Shown piece by piece: positions 49,105 to 57,249 of a DNA stretch of 64,000 nucleotides. The notes beneath the pieces were generated by a model. That model saw only the letters and a program-made list of their open reading frames with translations, was not told the origin of the DNA and did not search any database. Numbering within the stretch: the stretch's first letter is position 1; every line of letters begins with the position of its first letter. A program made the position numbers and the translations under genes. The stretch comes from a virus, in IMG/VR virus record IMGVR_UViG_3300026097_001223, positions 64,001 to 128,000 of that record; one strand, written 5' to 3'.

Positions 49105-50107
49105 TTACCTCCCCGGCTTGATTTACCACAACAACATCTTTTGTGCCACGTTTACCAAATGCTCTGGTCATAACCACTGCCAGTGGTCTGATACCACGGA
49201 TACCTAAACTGCGGCTCAGCCTGCCTTCGTTGTTTCTCAACAACCAATACATGGCATGACTTTCGGGTATATCTTTGATGTCTTTGATAACTGCATGACA
49301 TTCGATAATAATCTTATTGCCCTGTTGCACAAAATGTTGTGGCTGAAAACTTTGTATTACAATGCCGCCTTGTGGATTGATGTCAGTGCCAAAGATAGCT
49401 CGCATGGCTTCTTCGGCTGTGGGCTCAACTACAACTTCTCGACTGAGTTTAAAACTTCCGCTGGGTAATTCAATTAAATCAATGGTGCCGCGATCTACTA
49501 AGCGATCAATGATCTCTCGTGCCTTTTCGCCAAACGCACTGTCAGCACTTTCCCACGTGTCAGCATTTACTTTTTTGATACTCACTGGTAACTGTTGTGT
49601 ATCGCTTGCTAGAACAACATCTGCTTTTTTGCCGCCGGCTACATCTTTACCGCTGGCCATTACCTGAGTAACATTGTCGATGCTGAGCGTTTTACCGCGT
49701 TGATCCTTAAAGGTTACATCAGCGGAACCATACTTTTCTACAACACTTTGAATCATGCCTGCTAGTTCCATTTCGTTGGCAATGCCAGCACTTTTATCAC
49801 CCTGGACACCTGTGTCTTTTACGATGATTCTAGTTGGATCATTTTCAAATGCAATATAGCCCACACTGCTGAGACTGGGCTTGTCTTTTAAAATTTGTGG
49901 ACCTAGGTTTGGCATGTCTCGCTGAAGCAGACCTAGAACTCGTTGAAGATTGTCTTCTCGATACTGCACCTTGCCTGGGCCGTCTGGTATTTGTATCAGC
50001 ACACTAATGTTGTTGCCTTTGATCTTAAGGTTTTCGTACCCTTGTTTTTTTAAATATTCTGCAACCTGGCTGTTGGCTGCTTCTGTTAGATTGATTAAGT
50101 CTCTCAT
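49064..50107 (-). CDS. PD-(D/E)XK nuclease-like protein, possibly head-packaged
   Basis: GIANEMEL, KKADVVL, VSIKK. MRDLINLTEA start. Confidence 0.55.
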   Translation of the reverse strand: MRDLINLTEAANSQVAEYLKKQGYENLKIKGNNISVLIQIPDGPGKVQYREDNLQRVLGLLQRDMPNLGPQILKDKPSLSSVGYIAFENDPTRIIVKDTGVQGDKSAGIANEMELAGMIQSVVEKYGSADVTFKDQRGKTLSIDNVTQVMASGKDVAGGKKADVVLASDTQQLPVSIKKVNADTWESADSAFGEKAREIIDRLVDRGTIDLIELPSGSFKLSREVVVEPTAEEAMRAIFGTDINPQGGIVIQSFQPQHFVQQGNKIIIECHAVIKDIKDIPESHAMYWLLRNNEGRLSRSLGIRGIRPLAVVMTRAFGKRGTKDVVVVNQAGEVIKEDGNPVGRALR

Positions 50108-50166
50108 TGAAAATCCATTGTGTTGTATTACTTATGGTAATTATTAAACAAAACAAAGGAATCGCA

Positions 50167-50688
50167 ATGACCCAGCCTGTTCAAGTTTACAAAGACATTT
50201 TAGACGCCGTCACCTTGGAAAACTTCAAGCAAGAAATATCACAGAGCAACTTGAATTTTTCTCAGGAATACCCTAACAGGCTGTTGACCACAACAGACCA
50301 CACAGCCTGGTTGATCAATACCTTTCAATCTCTGCTTGATGAAATACAACCTTATACAGAACACAGTCACGTTCAACAGGCCTTTATAGGCTACGAGCTT
50401 CCTGAATGTGTGTTTTCGATACACAGAAGTCATCCTGCTATTGCTGGAGTAGTACATGTGAGTCTGGAAGATCATCCAATGAATAGCTTGATTTGTTTAA
50501 CAGACAGCCTGGATAATCCTGATGACTATCTCTGGGGATTAGGGAACTATTCAGCTGACAGCTATGAATTTGTTGCTAACAGTGCTATTGTAGTGAAAAA
50601 CACAGAGCCGAGATATCATTGGGGATTTCGATTGCCAATCGGTCCTAACACTGTCAAACGAGGCGTTTGGTTTTACCTTGGCAAGTAG
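50167..50688 (+). CDS. 2OG-Fe(II) oxygenase-like protein (degenerate)
   Basis: FSIHRSH, YHWGF, KRGVWF double-stranded beta-helix pattern. SD AAAGGA. Confidence 0.5.
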   Translation: MTQPVQVYKDILDAVTLENFKQEISQSNLNFSQEYPNRLLTTTDHTAWLINTFQSLLDEIQPYTEHSHVQQAFIGYELPECVFSIHRSHPAIAGVVHVSLEDHPMNSLICLTDSLDNPDDYLWGLGNYSADSYEFVANSAIVVKNTEPRYHWGFRLPIGPNTVKRGVWFYLGK

Positions 50689-51201
50689 TTAAACAAACTG
50701 AAACCCAATGCTGGTTCTATAACCATTTGTTAAGAATCCGCTTTGGTGTGTTTTTAGATTTGCATTGAGATTGAAATATCCGCAGTTTTGTTGATATTTC
50801 ACAGTATGAGTAATTGGTTCCATGAAGGTAGTGCCAGGTATAGGATGATTGCTCTTCATCAGATACACCTGGCTCATTATTGATATGTCAGTGGCATCGC
50901 GATGTCTAGGTACTTCACTGCCAGGCAAATCCAAAAACAATTTTGCTTTGCGGTATTCAACATCCAGTCCAGTGGTCTGTCTACACAGTTCTGCCATTTC
51001 AAGTCCGAGATCTCTAAAAGGATCTTCGTCGTTGCTCACAGGATAACTCATTCTAGCTAGACGACGGTCCATGTGCCAATGATAGCCGTGTTCAAAAAAT
51101 GTGTCTAGCCAGGCCAAAGTTTCTTCGGTGAATACACTGTTGATTTCCCACAGTGTATCAAATGGTATGTTGACGTCGATGTCAGGGTTCAAATACTGCA
51201 T
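50689..51201 (-). CDS. 2OG-Fe(II) oxygenase
   Basis: PRHRDA (HxD), THQS, YRTS. TAAATA 6 nt before ATG. Confidence 0.7.
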   Translation of the reverse strand: MQYLNPDIDVNIPFDTLWEINSVFTEETLAWLDTFFEHGYHWHMDRRLARMSYPVSNDEDPFRDLGLEMAELCRQTTGLDVEYRKAKLFLDLPGSEVPRHRDATDISIMSQVYLMKSNHPIPGTTFMEPITHTVKYQQNCGYFNLNANLKTHQSGFLTNGYRTSIGFQFV

Positions 51202-51336
51202 AATGAATATTTAAACCGTTTTACAATTCAATAAAAATCTTTATACTTGGTAGACATTAGCTCGCGAACACCGTCGTAGTCACCTTGATTTGCTAGTTCT
51301 TTGCATTCCAGTGCAATTGCTATGCTCTTGCAAAAA

Positions 51337-51513
51337 TTAACGAGATAGGTTATCATAATATCCTTTGTTGTTGGCGTATTGTTTTTGTAACCACTCAACC
51401 TGTTCCAAGCTGTCTGGCTTGTGGCTGAGAATATATTTTTCTAGATCTGTGAGTTTTTTCTTTTTTGGTGTATGCTCGATTGGAAAAAACAATCCTTGTA
51501 AAAAGTCAATCAT
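51337..51513 (-). CDS. Small hypothetical protein
   Basis: 58 aa from MIDFLQ, ATGA overlap with the upstream gene, SD GAAGGAG. Confidence 0.55.
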   Translation of the reverse strand: MIDFLQGLFFPIEHTPKKKKLTDLEKYILSHKPDSLEQVEWLQKQYANNKGYYDNLSR

Positions 51514-51704
51514 CGCCATGCTCCTTCTAATAGGTTTTTTGCATATTCGTGATACCCGTGACGAGCCAGTTGTGATGCCGCTCTGCAACGACCATACCAT
51601 TCAAGTTGGCGGTAAAGTCTTTTGGCAAATCTTCGGCACTTGATTTGAAAAACAGGACGACGAAATGCCACGTCGTTTGTGCTGCTTTGTATGCTTTGTT
51701 CCAT
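51510..51704 (-). CDS. Small hypothetical protein (RAASQLARHGY motif)
   Basis: 64 aa, TAAATA and SD AAAGGA upstream. Confidence 0.6.
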   Translation of the reverse strand: MEQSIQSSTNDVAFRRPVFQIKCRRFAKRLYRQLEWYGRCRAASQLARHGYHEYAKNLLEGAWR

Positions 51705-51817
51705 TGTGTAGAATCCTTTGTGGTTGTCTTTTAGACAGTGCTATTTATTGCAGTGCAACAATAATACTAAACTTTCGTAGAAAAAACAAATTTTTCTATA
51801 TCTTTTAGAAAAAAAGG

Positions 51818-51846
51818 TTGACCATACTGTGCATCGACCGTATACT
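51818..51846 (+). promoter_or_regulatory. sigma70-type early promoter
   Basis: AAAAAAAGG-TTGACC-N17-TATACT-AATAAT, the same layout as 1668. Confidence 0.85.
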
Positions 51847-51872
51847 AATAATGTGAGTTAAGGAGAAAGGCA

Positions 51873-52070
51873 ATGAGTGACAAAATTGAAATTTTAAAAG
51901 AGGTCACACCCGGCCTTCCGCAAAACGTATACTATGTTCAGGGCACAAGTCTTGTTGCTTTCTACCCTGAGGGCGACAAAGATGCGTTTCGTATCTATAA
52001 AACACCGCTGAAGCATTTTTCCAAGCGGTACCGCAAATTTGAAACAATTGCAAAGGTGAATGCACTATGA
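51873..52070 (+). CDS. Small early hypothetical protein
   Basis: 65 aa, SD AAGGAG. Confidence 0.7.
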   Translation: MSDKIEILKEVTPGLPQNVYYVQGTSLVAFYPEGDKDAFRIYKTPLKHFSKRYRKFETIAKVNAL

Positions 52071-52411
52071 TGTTGAAGTATCAAAATCTTGCCAAAGTTG
52101 GTGACACAATTCGTGCTTACGACTTTATGGGTCGCAAAGACGCATATATTCAGGGCACAGTAGTTGACAAAGGACCAGTCAAAAACGAGGACGGTGCTTA
52201 CATGCTGTTTGATGGGTACACAATTCAAATCGAAAAAGACGGTGCCGAGTTTGGTCGTGAAGGCGATATTGGGTATATCCCATTTGAAACGTCAATGGAT
52301 TATGACAATCGTGTTGAGCTAGTCGACTGGGATAATCGTGCCGAAGAAGAGTTGGCAATCCAGATGATGAAAGAACTCAACGCAGAACAGAACTGTATGG
52401 TGAACGTATGA
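52067..52411 (+). CDS. Early hypothetical protein
   Basis: 114 aa, ATGA overlap. Confidence 0.7.
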   Translation: MMLKYQNLAKVGDTIRAYDFMGRKDAYIQGTVVDKGPVKNEDGAYMLFDGYTIQIEKDGAEFGREGDIGYIPFETSMDYDNRVELVDWDNRAEEELAIQMMKELNAEQNCMVNV

Positions 52412-52632
52412 AAAATTTTGCAATGTTTACTCCGGAAGGAGATCAATTGGTAAGACGTATTGCGGATGCAGCAATCACCATGATCAATAACGGTGACTTT
52501 ACCAAGTCCGAAGCGTATGACTTTGTGTTTCGCAAGTTGCGTCTATTGTCAAACAGCGACATGTTTGGTGAAGCAGGTGATACAGCAGTGCGTGAGTGTG
52601 TTTTATTTGCAATAGACAAGGGGTATGCATGA
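52408..52632 (+). CDS. Early hypothetical protein
   Basis: 74 aa, ATGA overlap. Confidence 0.65.
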   Translation: MKNFAMFTPEGDQLVRRIADAAITMINNGDFTKSEAYDFVFRKLRLLSNSDMFGEAGDTAVRECVLFAIDKGYA

Positions 52633-52793
52633 TGTTAGCACCAGTTTTTTGGTTAGTTGCAGTTGTGTTAGCTGCGCTGCAATTTTTTATAGGACATAAT
52701 GTATTACTCACACTGTGTGCATTTGCTTTCTGGGGGCTGGGTGCTGTTAGTTTGGTATACAAAATGAGACAAGCCATCTACGAGGAGAAGTAG
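52629..52793 (+). CDS. Small two-TM membrane protein
   Basis: 54 aa hydrophobic, ATGA overlap. Confidence 0.6.
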   Translation: MMLAPVFWLVAVVLAALQFFIGHNVLLTLCAFAFWGLGAVSLVYKMRQAIYEEK

Positions 52794-52794
52794 C

Positions 52795-53001
52795 ATGTAT
52801 AATTTGTCAGTTCTTGAAGACTACTGCGAACAGTTGCGATCTGATGCAGAACGCAAGGTAGAGTGGACACTGAGCGATCACATCTCGCTGGAACGAGCAG
52901 TGCGTGTTCGCAACAGTTTGTATGCTATAGCAGACGAAATTGAAGAAGTTATTGCAGGTATTCGGGTAGCCGATAAGTATCTGCATGAAGATGACTCGTA
53001 A
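52795..53001 (+). CDS. Small hypothetical protein
   Basis: 68 aa, SD GAGGAG. Confidence 0.6.
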   Translation: MYNLSVLEDYCEQLRSDAERKVEWTLSDHISLERAVRVRNSLYAIADEIEEVIAGIRVADKYLHEDDS

Positions 53002-53431
53002 CAGAACTGTAGCGGCACTTTTTGCAGCTATAGCAGTTTACTTTTTTGTTTACAGCTTTCAATATCAACTAGGCAGTGCCAGTAGAATGGGCCCTGCCTA
53101 TTTTCCTATTATGACCAGTGTAAGTTTGTTTGCTGTGGCTGTGTGCATATGGCTGTTTGAAAACGATCATGCACCAGCCAGATTTGAATGGGACGTTTTC
53201 TCCGCAGGAGTGCCCATTGGTGCTATTTTGGTATTTGCAGTCAATCTTGAATTTCTCGGTTTTGCAATAACCACAATGTTGGTAACTCTGCTTACTGCTG
53301 TGAGCAAAGAAAACAGAAACCTACCACTCACACTGGGCACAGGCATTTTTCTAGTTGGCCTAGGTTGGGGAGTTTTTGTAAAGTTTCTTGATGTGTATCT
53401 GCCCATGTGGCCTGCTTTTTTATGGAATTAA
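52985..53431 (+). CDS. tctB: Tripartite tricarboxylate transporter small subunit TctB
   Basis: Four TMs, MGPAYFP, LGF..T, VF...L.V.LP. Directly upstream of tctA. Confidence 0.8.
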   Translation: MKMTRNRTVAALFAAIAVYFFVYSFQYQLGSASRMGPAYFPIMTSVSLFAVAVCIWLFENDHAPARFEWDVFSAGVPIGAILVFAVNLEFLGFAITTMLVTLLTAVSKENRNLPLTLGTGIFLVGLGWGVFVKFLDVYLPMWPAFLWN

Positions 53432-54918
53432 TTGACAACTTATATCTAGGATTTGCAACTGCACTCAGTGTTGAAAATATTTTCTACTGTTTTGTGGGTG
53501 TGTTTTTAGGCACCGCTGTGGGTGTTTTGCCTGGCCTCGGACCGCTGGCTGCAATAACCATGCTGTTGCCACTTACATACAGTTTCAATGATCCAAGCAG
53601 TGCTATTATCATGCTTGCTGGCATCTACTATGGGTGTCAGTATGGAGGAAGCACTGCCGCAATTCTAGCAAACATTCCCGGCGAAAGCAGTGCAGTGGTC
53701 ACTGTGGTAGACGGTTATCAAATGACCAAACAGGGTAGAGCTGGCACTGCACTGGTAACAGCGGCACTGAGCAGTTTTTTTGCTGGCACTGTTGCTACAC
53801 TGTTTATTGCTGTTGGTGCACCTGCTCTAGCCGAGGTAGCATTTGCGTTCGGTCCGCCTGACTATTTCAGTCTCATGTTTCTGGGACTTATACTGGCAGT
53901 GGCATTGAGCACAGGCAGTGTGCTAAAAAGTCTAGCAATGGTGATATTTGGTGTACTGATCGGTCTTATTGGCACAGACGTTACCACAGGCGTTGCACGA
54001 TTTGATTGGGGTGTACCAGAACTGTTCGATGGCATTCCATTTGTGGTAATTGCAATGGGACTGTTTGGTTTTGCTGAAATCATGTACAACCTTGAAAATC
54101 CACATGTGCGACAATCACTGAATAATCAACAGCCCACTCTTAGGTTATCTAACAAAGAACTCAGGCGAGCCGCTCCGGCAACAGTTAAAGGCACTGTGGT
54201 CGGTAGCTTTCTTGGACTGTTGCCAGGCAGTGGAGGAATCATTGCTAGCTTTGCTGCCTATGCATTAGAAAAAAGAACCAACAAAAAACATCACAGTGAA
54301 TTTGGTAAAGGCGCAATCGAAGGTGTAGCAGCTCCCGAAAGTGCAAACAATGCTGGCAGTCAAACCAGCTTCATTCCCATGCTGGTATTGGGTATACCTA
54401 CTACTCCTATCATGGCACTGATGATAGCCGCACTCTTAATACACCATGTAGTGCCTGGTCCTCAGATAGTCAGCACCAATCCCGAAGTTTTTTGGGGATT
54501 GATTGCCAGTATGTGGATAGGCAATCTGCTGTTGCTGGTTTTGAATCTGCCGTTGATTGGTATTTGGATACGCATGTTAAATATAAGTTATAATATACTG
54601 TACCCAATTATACTGATATTTGCATGCCTGGGCGTGTATGTGGTCACCAGCAATGTTGTTCATGTATTAATGACCGTTCCTTTTGCAGTGCTGGGTTATC
54701 TGTTTAAAAAATGGGAATGTGAACCCGCGCCATTGATGATGGGATTCATAGTAGGAGCAGCCATGGAAGAACATCTACGCAGGGCCATGACCATCAGCAA
54801 AGGTGATTGGATGGTATTTGTGGAAAGACCTATCAGCGCCACACTGTTGGCTATCGCAACAGCATCTTTGGTTGTTGTGGCAATTTACGTTGCAAGGAGA
54901 GTGCGTGTACATTCGTGA
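53422..54918 (+). CDS. tctA: Tripartite tricarboxylate transporter large subunit TctA
   Basis: GVLPGLGP, GCQYGGS...IPGESS...DGYQM...GRAG, VAAPESANNA, LGIP. Confidence 0.95.
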   Translation: MELIDNLYLGFATALSVENIFYCFVGVFLGTAVGVLPGLGPLAAITMLLPLTYSFNDPSSAIIMLAGIYYGCQYGGSTAAILANIPGESSAVVTVVDGYQMTKQGRAGTALVTAALSSFFAGTVATLFIAVGAPALAEVAFAFGPPDYFSLMFLGLILAVALSTGSVLKSLAMVIFGVLIGLIGTDVTTGVARFDWGVPELFDGIPFVVIAMGLFGFAEIMYNLENPHVRQSLNNQQPTLRLSNKELRRAAPATVKGTVVGSFLGLLPGSGGIIASFAAYALEKRTNKKHHSEFGKGAIEGVAAPESANNAGSQTSFIPMLVLGIPTTPIMALMIAALLIHHVVPGPQIVSTNPEVFWGLIASMWIGNLLLLVLNLPLIGIWIRMLNISYNILYPIILIFACLGVYVVTSNVVHVLMTVPFAVLGYLFKKWECEPAPLMMGFIVGAAMEEHLRRAMTISKGDWMVFVERPISATLLAIATASLVVVAIYVARRVRVHS

Positions 54919-55750
54919 AAAAAACGGCATAGATGATCTGTACGGATACAGTGTTGGCACGGTGTTAAATGATTGCGGACATGACGACAGTAAATTGATT
55001 GCAATGCTTATCCAAAAGGCAATGCGCGACTACAATGTCAATGTATGGTTATGTGATTTCACTGTGAAAAATTTACTTGAATATTCGCAGGCACAAGAAC
55101 GGTGCGGCGTAGCACAGGTGTATAATAATTACATTAATGATTTTATCCTAGGAAACAACTATACTCCCAGGCAATATGAATACCCGGCAGATTATGTAAT
55201 GGGTGCACAAGAGTTCGACGAAAGTGTTAGATTTTACAATGCTACAAAGTTTGCATATTTTTTAGAAAATCCTATCGACAAGTTCCGTGTACCGATTGCT
55301 TATAGTTATGGCGACAATAACACACTGTTAAGACACCCAGGTAACACACGCTACATGTCAATGATGGCAATGCCAGACAATACAGGTGTGCAATTGTTGA
55401 TTACGGATTTTGTAAAAAATAAACAGATTTTAGAACATGCAAAAGCACAGTGCACTAACTGTGTTAATCTTGCTGAGTGCACTGCACAAGAAATAGTTGA
55501 ACTATTTGATTTTAGTACGTACCACGGATTAAGTGTGCGATATAGTAATCTTGTAGGAATACAAGTGGTAGAATCTCACAGCCGATTAACAGAATTTTAC
55601 GAGCCTTTTATTATTTCTTACACTGGTTCTGAATTGTATGTTAACAAAACCTTGGTCGCACAATTACGTGTCGGTGAAAAAAATCATAAAGATTATTTTT
55701 ATATGCCTGGCACAAAACATGACTATTTGCAAATGGAATATGAGTTTTAA
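54905..55750 (+). CDS. Hypothetical protein
   Basis: Long open frame. GTG start at 54905 inferred. Confidence 0.55.
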   Translation: MYIREKNGIDDLYGYSVGTVLNDCGHDDSKLIAMLIQKAMRDYNVNVWLCDFTVKNLLEYSQAQERCGVAQVYNNYINDFILGNNYTPRQYEYPADYVMGAQEFDESVRFYNATKFAYFLENPIDKFRVPIAYSYGDNNTLLRHPGNTRYMSMMAMPDNTGVQLLITDFVKNKQILEHAKAQCTNCVNLAECTAQEIVELFDFSTYHGLSVRYSNLVGIQVVESHSRLTEFYEPFIISYTGSELYVNKTLVAQLRVGEKNHKDYFYMPGTKHDYLQMEYEF

Positions 55751-56912
55751 ATTTTTTATACCCAATGGCAAACTACTTCGGCAATCCATTGTGCCACAAT
55801 TTAATTTTTTAGATACACTTGAGTATTTGAACATTGAGTATACTGTAACCAATAGGCCAGAATCTGACAGTATTCTTTTAATTGTGCCGCTAAATGAAAT
55901 ACAAATTCGAGGCAACGACCACTGGGTCGAAGGCATAAAAAAATATTTCACAGATCATTCTTGGTCAGGTCCGGTGCTGATTTGGTACCCCGAGGAGCAG
56001 TTTGATTGGATATCCGGCGGACATATTTTAAATGAAATTGTAAAAAAGCTAGGTTATCCAAAACACAATGTTTTTTACGTTAGCGGAGATAAAACACCAG
56101 TTGAATCGGCTAACCTAGCTAGCGACAATGTTTTGTATTTTCCTTACTTTGCTTATCGTATATCAAGATTAACTGCTCCAACAAGCAAACAACTCAAGTC
56201 TGCTCAAAAATCTTTTATTTGTCCAATATGGCATGCGAGACCAGCAAGGCAATATCTACTGCATTATCTTTATAAAAATAATTTTTTAGATAAAGGATAC
56301 GTAAGCTTTGGGAGAAATAAGTATTCCACATTGGAGGTTTTAAAACAGTATTCCAGCAAATACTTACCAGCCAGCGAGCTAGAGCAAATTGCGGAAACCA
56401 TGACTCTGTTTTTGCCATTGGAAGAAAACAATTTTACTCCGCAATATCAATTGACAATCGATGACTCGGGTATGAGTCAAGACAAGGCATGGAGTCATCA
56501 GTGGTTGTTAGATCAATTGTATCCTTATATGAGATCCACAAAGGTTTATATTTCGCCGGAATCCGGGTGGAATTGGCAAGGGGACTTACCACACCCTACA
56601 GGATTTCTCACTGAAAAAACTTTTTTCGCTGTGTTAAGCAGAATGCCGTTTTTAATTCATGGCGAAAAACATTTAATAAAAACCATGCAAGATCTTGGCT
56701 ATGAAACATTTTCGGATCATGTAGATGAAAGCTACGATGAACACGACAGTATTCATCAACGTACATTGGCAATGCTCGATTCACTTAATCAATTTTGTGA
56801 TATTAGTGACATATCAGTGTTCGATGATATTGTCGAACACAATTACAATGTGCTGTTAACCAGCGACTATAAATCTATGTTAACTACTCAATTAGAAAAA
56901 ATACAGCCTTAA
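55740..56912 (+). CDS. Glycosyltransferase-like protein (paralogue family 3 of 3)
   Basis: LTEKTFFAVLSRMPFLIHGEKHLIKTMQDLGYETFSDHVDESYD. Confidence 0.6.
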   Translation: MSFKFFIPNGKLLRQSIVPQFNFLDTLEYLNIEYTVTNRPESDSILLIVPLNEIQIRGNDHWVEGIKKYFTDHSWSGPVLIWYPEEQFDWISGGHILNEIVKKLGYPKHNVFYVSGDKTPVESANLASDNVLYFPYFAYRISRLTAPTSKQLKSAQKSFICPIWHARPARQYLLHYLYKNNFLDKGYVSFGRNKYSTLEVLKQYSSKYLPASELEQIAETMTLFLPLEENNFTPQYQLTIDDSGMSQDKAWSHQWLLDQLYPYMRSTKVYISPESGWNWQGDLPHPTGFLTEKTFFAVLSRMPFLIHGEKHLIKTMQDLGYETFSDHVDESYDEHDSIHQRTLAMLDSLNQFCDISDISVFDDIVEHNYNVLLTSDYKSMLTTQLEKIQP

Positions 56913-56916
56913 TTGG

Positions 56917-56944
56917 TTGACAAACAAGTTGTTTAGTGTAAACT
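56917..56944 (+). promoter_or_regulatory. sigma70-type promoter for the tRNA-riboswitch-btuB transcript
   Basis: TTGACA-N16-TAAACT, 11 nt before the tRNA. Confidence 0.65.
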
Positions 56945-56955
56945 ATAAACAAGTT

Positions 56956-57032
56956 GGACCTATAGCTCAGTTGGTTAGAGCAGTGAACTCATAATTCATT
57001 GGCCCCTGGTTCGAGTCCAGGTGGGTCCACCA
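56956..57032 (+). tRNA. tRNA-CAU (Ile2/lysidine-type more likely than Met)
   Basis: Full cloverleaf: acceptor GGACCTA/TGGGTCC, loop CT-CAT-AA, encoded CCA. Body resembles bacterial ileX-type tRNAs. Confidence 0.85.
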
Positions 57033-57073
57033 ACTTATTCATAGCTGCAACTCGTAGTGCATAACTAAAACTA

Positions 57074-57227
57074 GGTACAGTTGAGGTCACCGTGAACATA
57101 GAGATTCATGGGTAATCGGGGAAGCAGTAAATCTGCACTGGCCTTGCAACGGTAGAGCGACACTGGGTCGCGAGTCCGAATGCCGTCCTCAATATTCTGG
57201 TACCGCAGAGCACAAGGTACTGCTCTG
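57074..57227 (+). ncRNA. Cobalamin riboswitch (compact, class II-like)
   Basis: GGGGAA-GCAG/CTGC T-loop arm, GCAACGGTA, GCGAC-ACTG-GTCGC, GAGTCCGAATGCC, long closing stem GGTAC..TTGAGG/CCTCAA..GTACC. Kissing loop CCTTG(57142-46)/CAAGG(57213-17). Upstream of btuB. Confidence 0.85.
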
Positions 57228-57249
57228 ACAACTTACAAAAAGGTACACA

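Noticed and set aside
56922-56934. AAACAA-G-TTGTTT inverted repeat as an operator
   Set aside because: Short and AT-rich, so expected by chance. No matching second site found.
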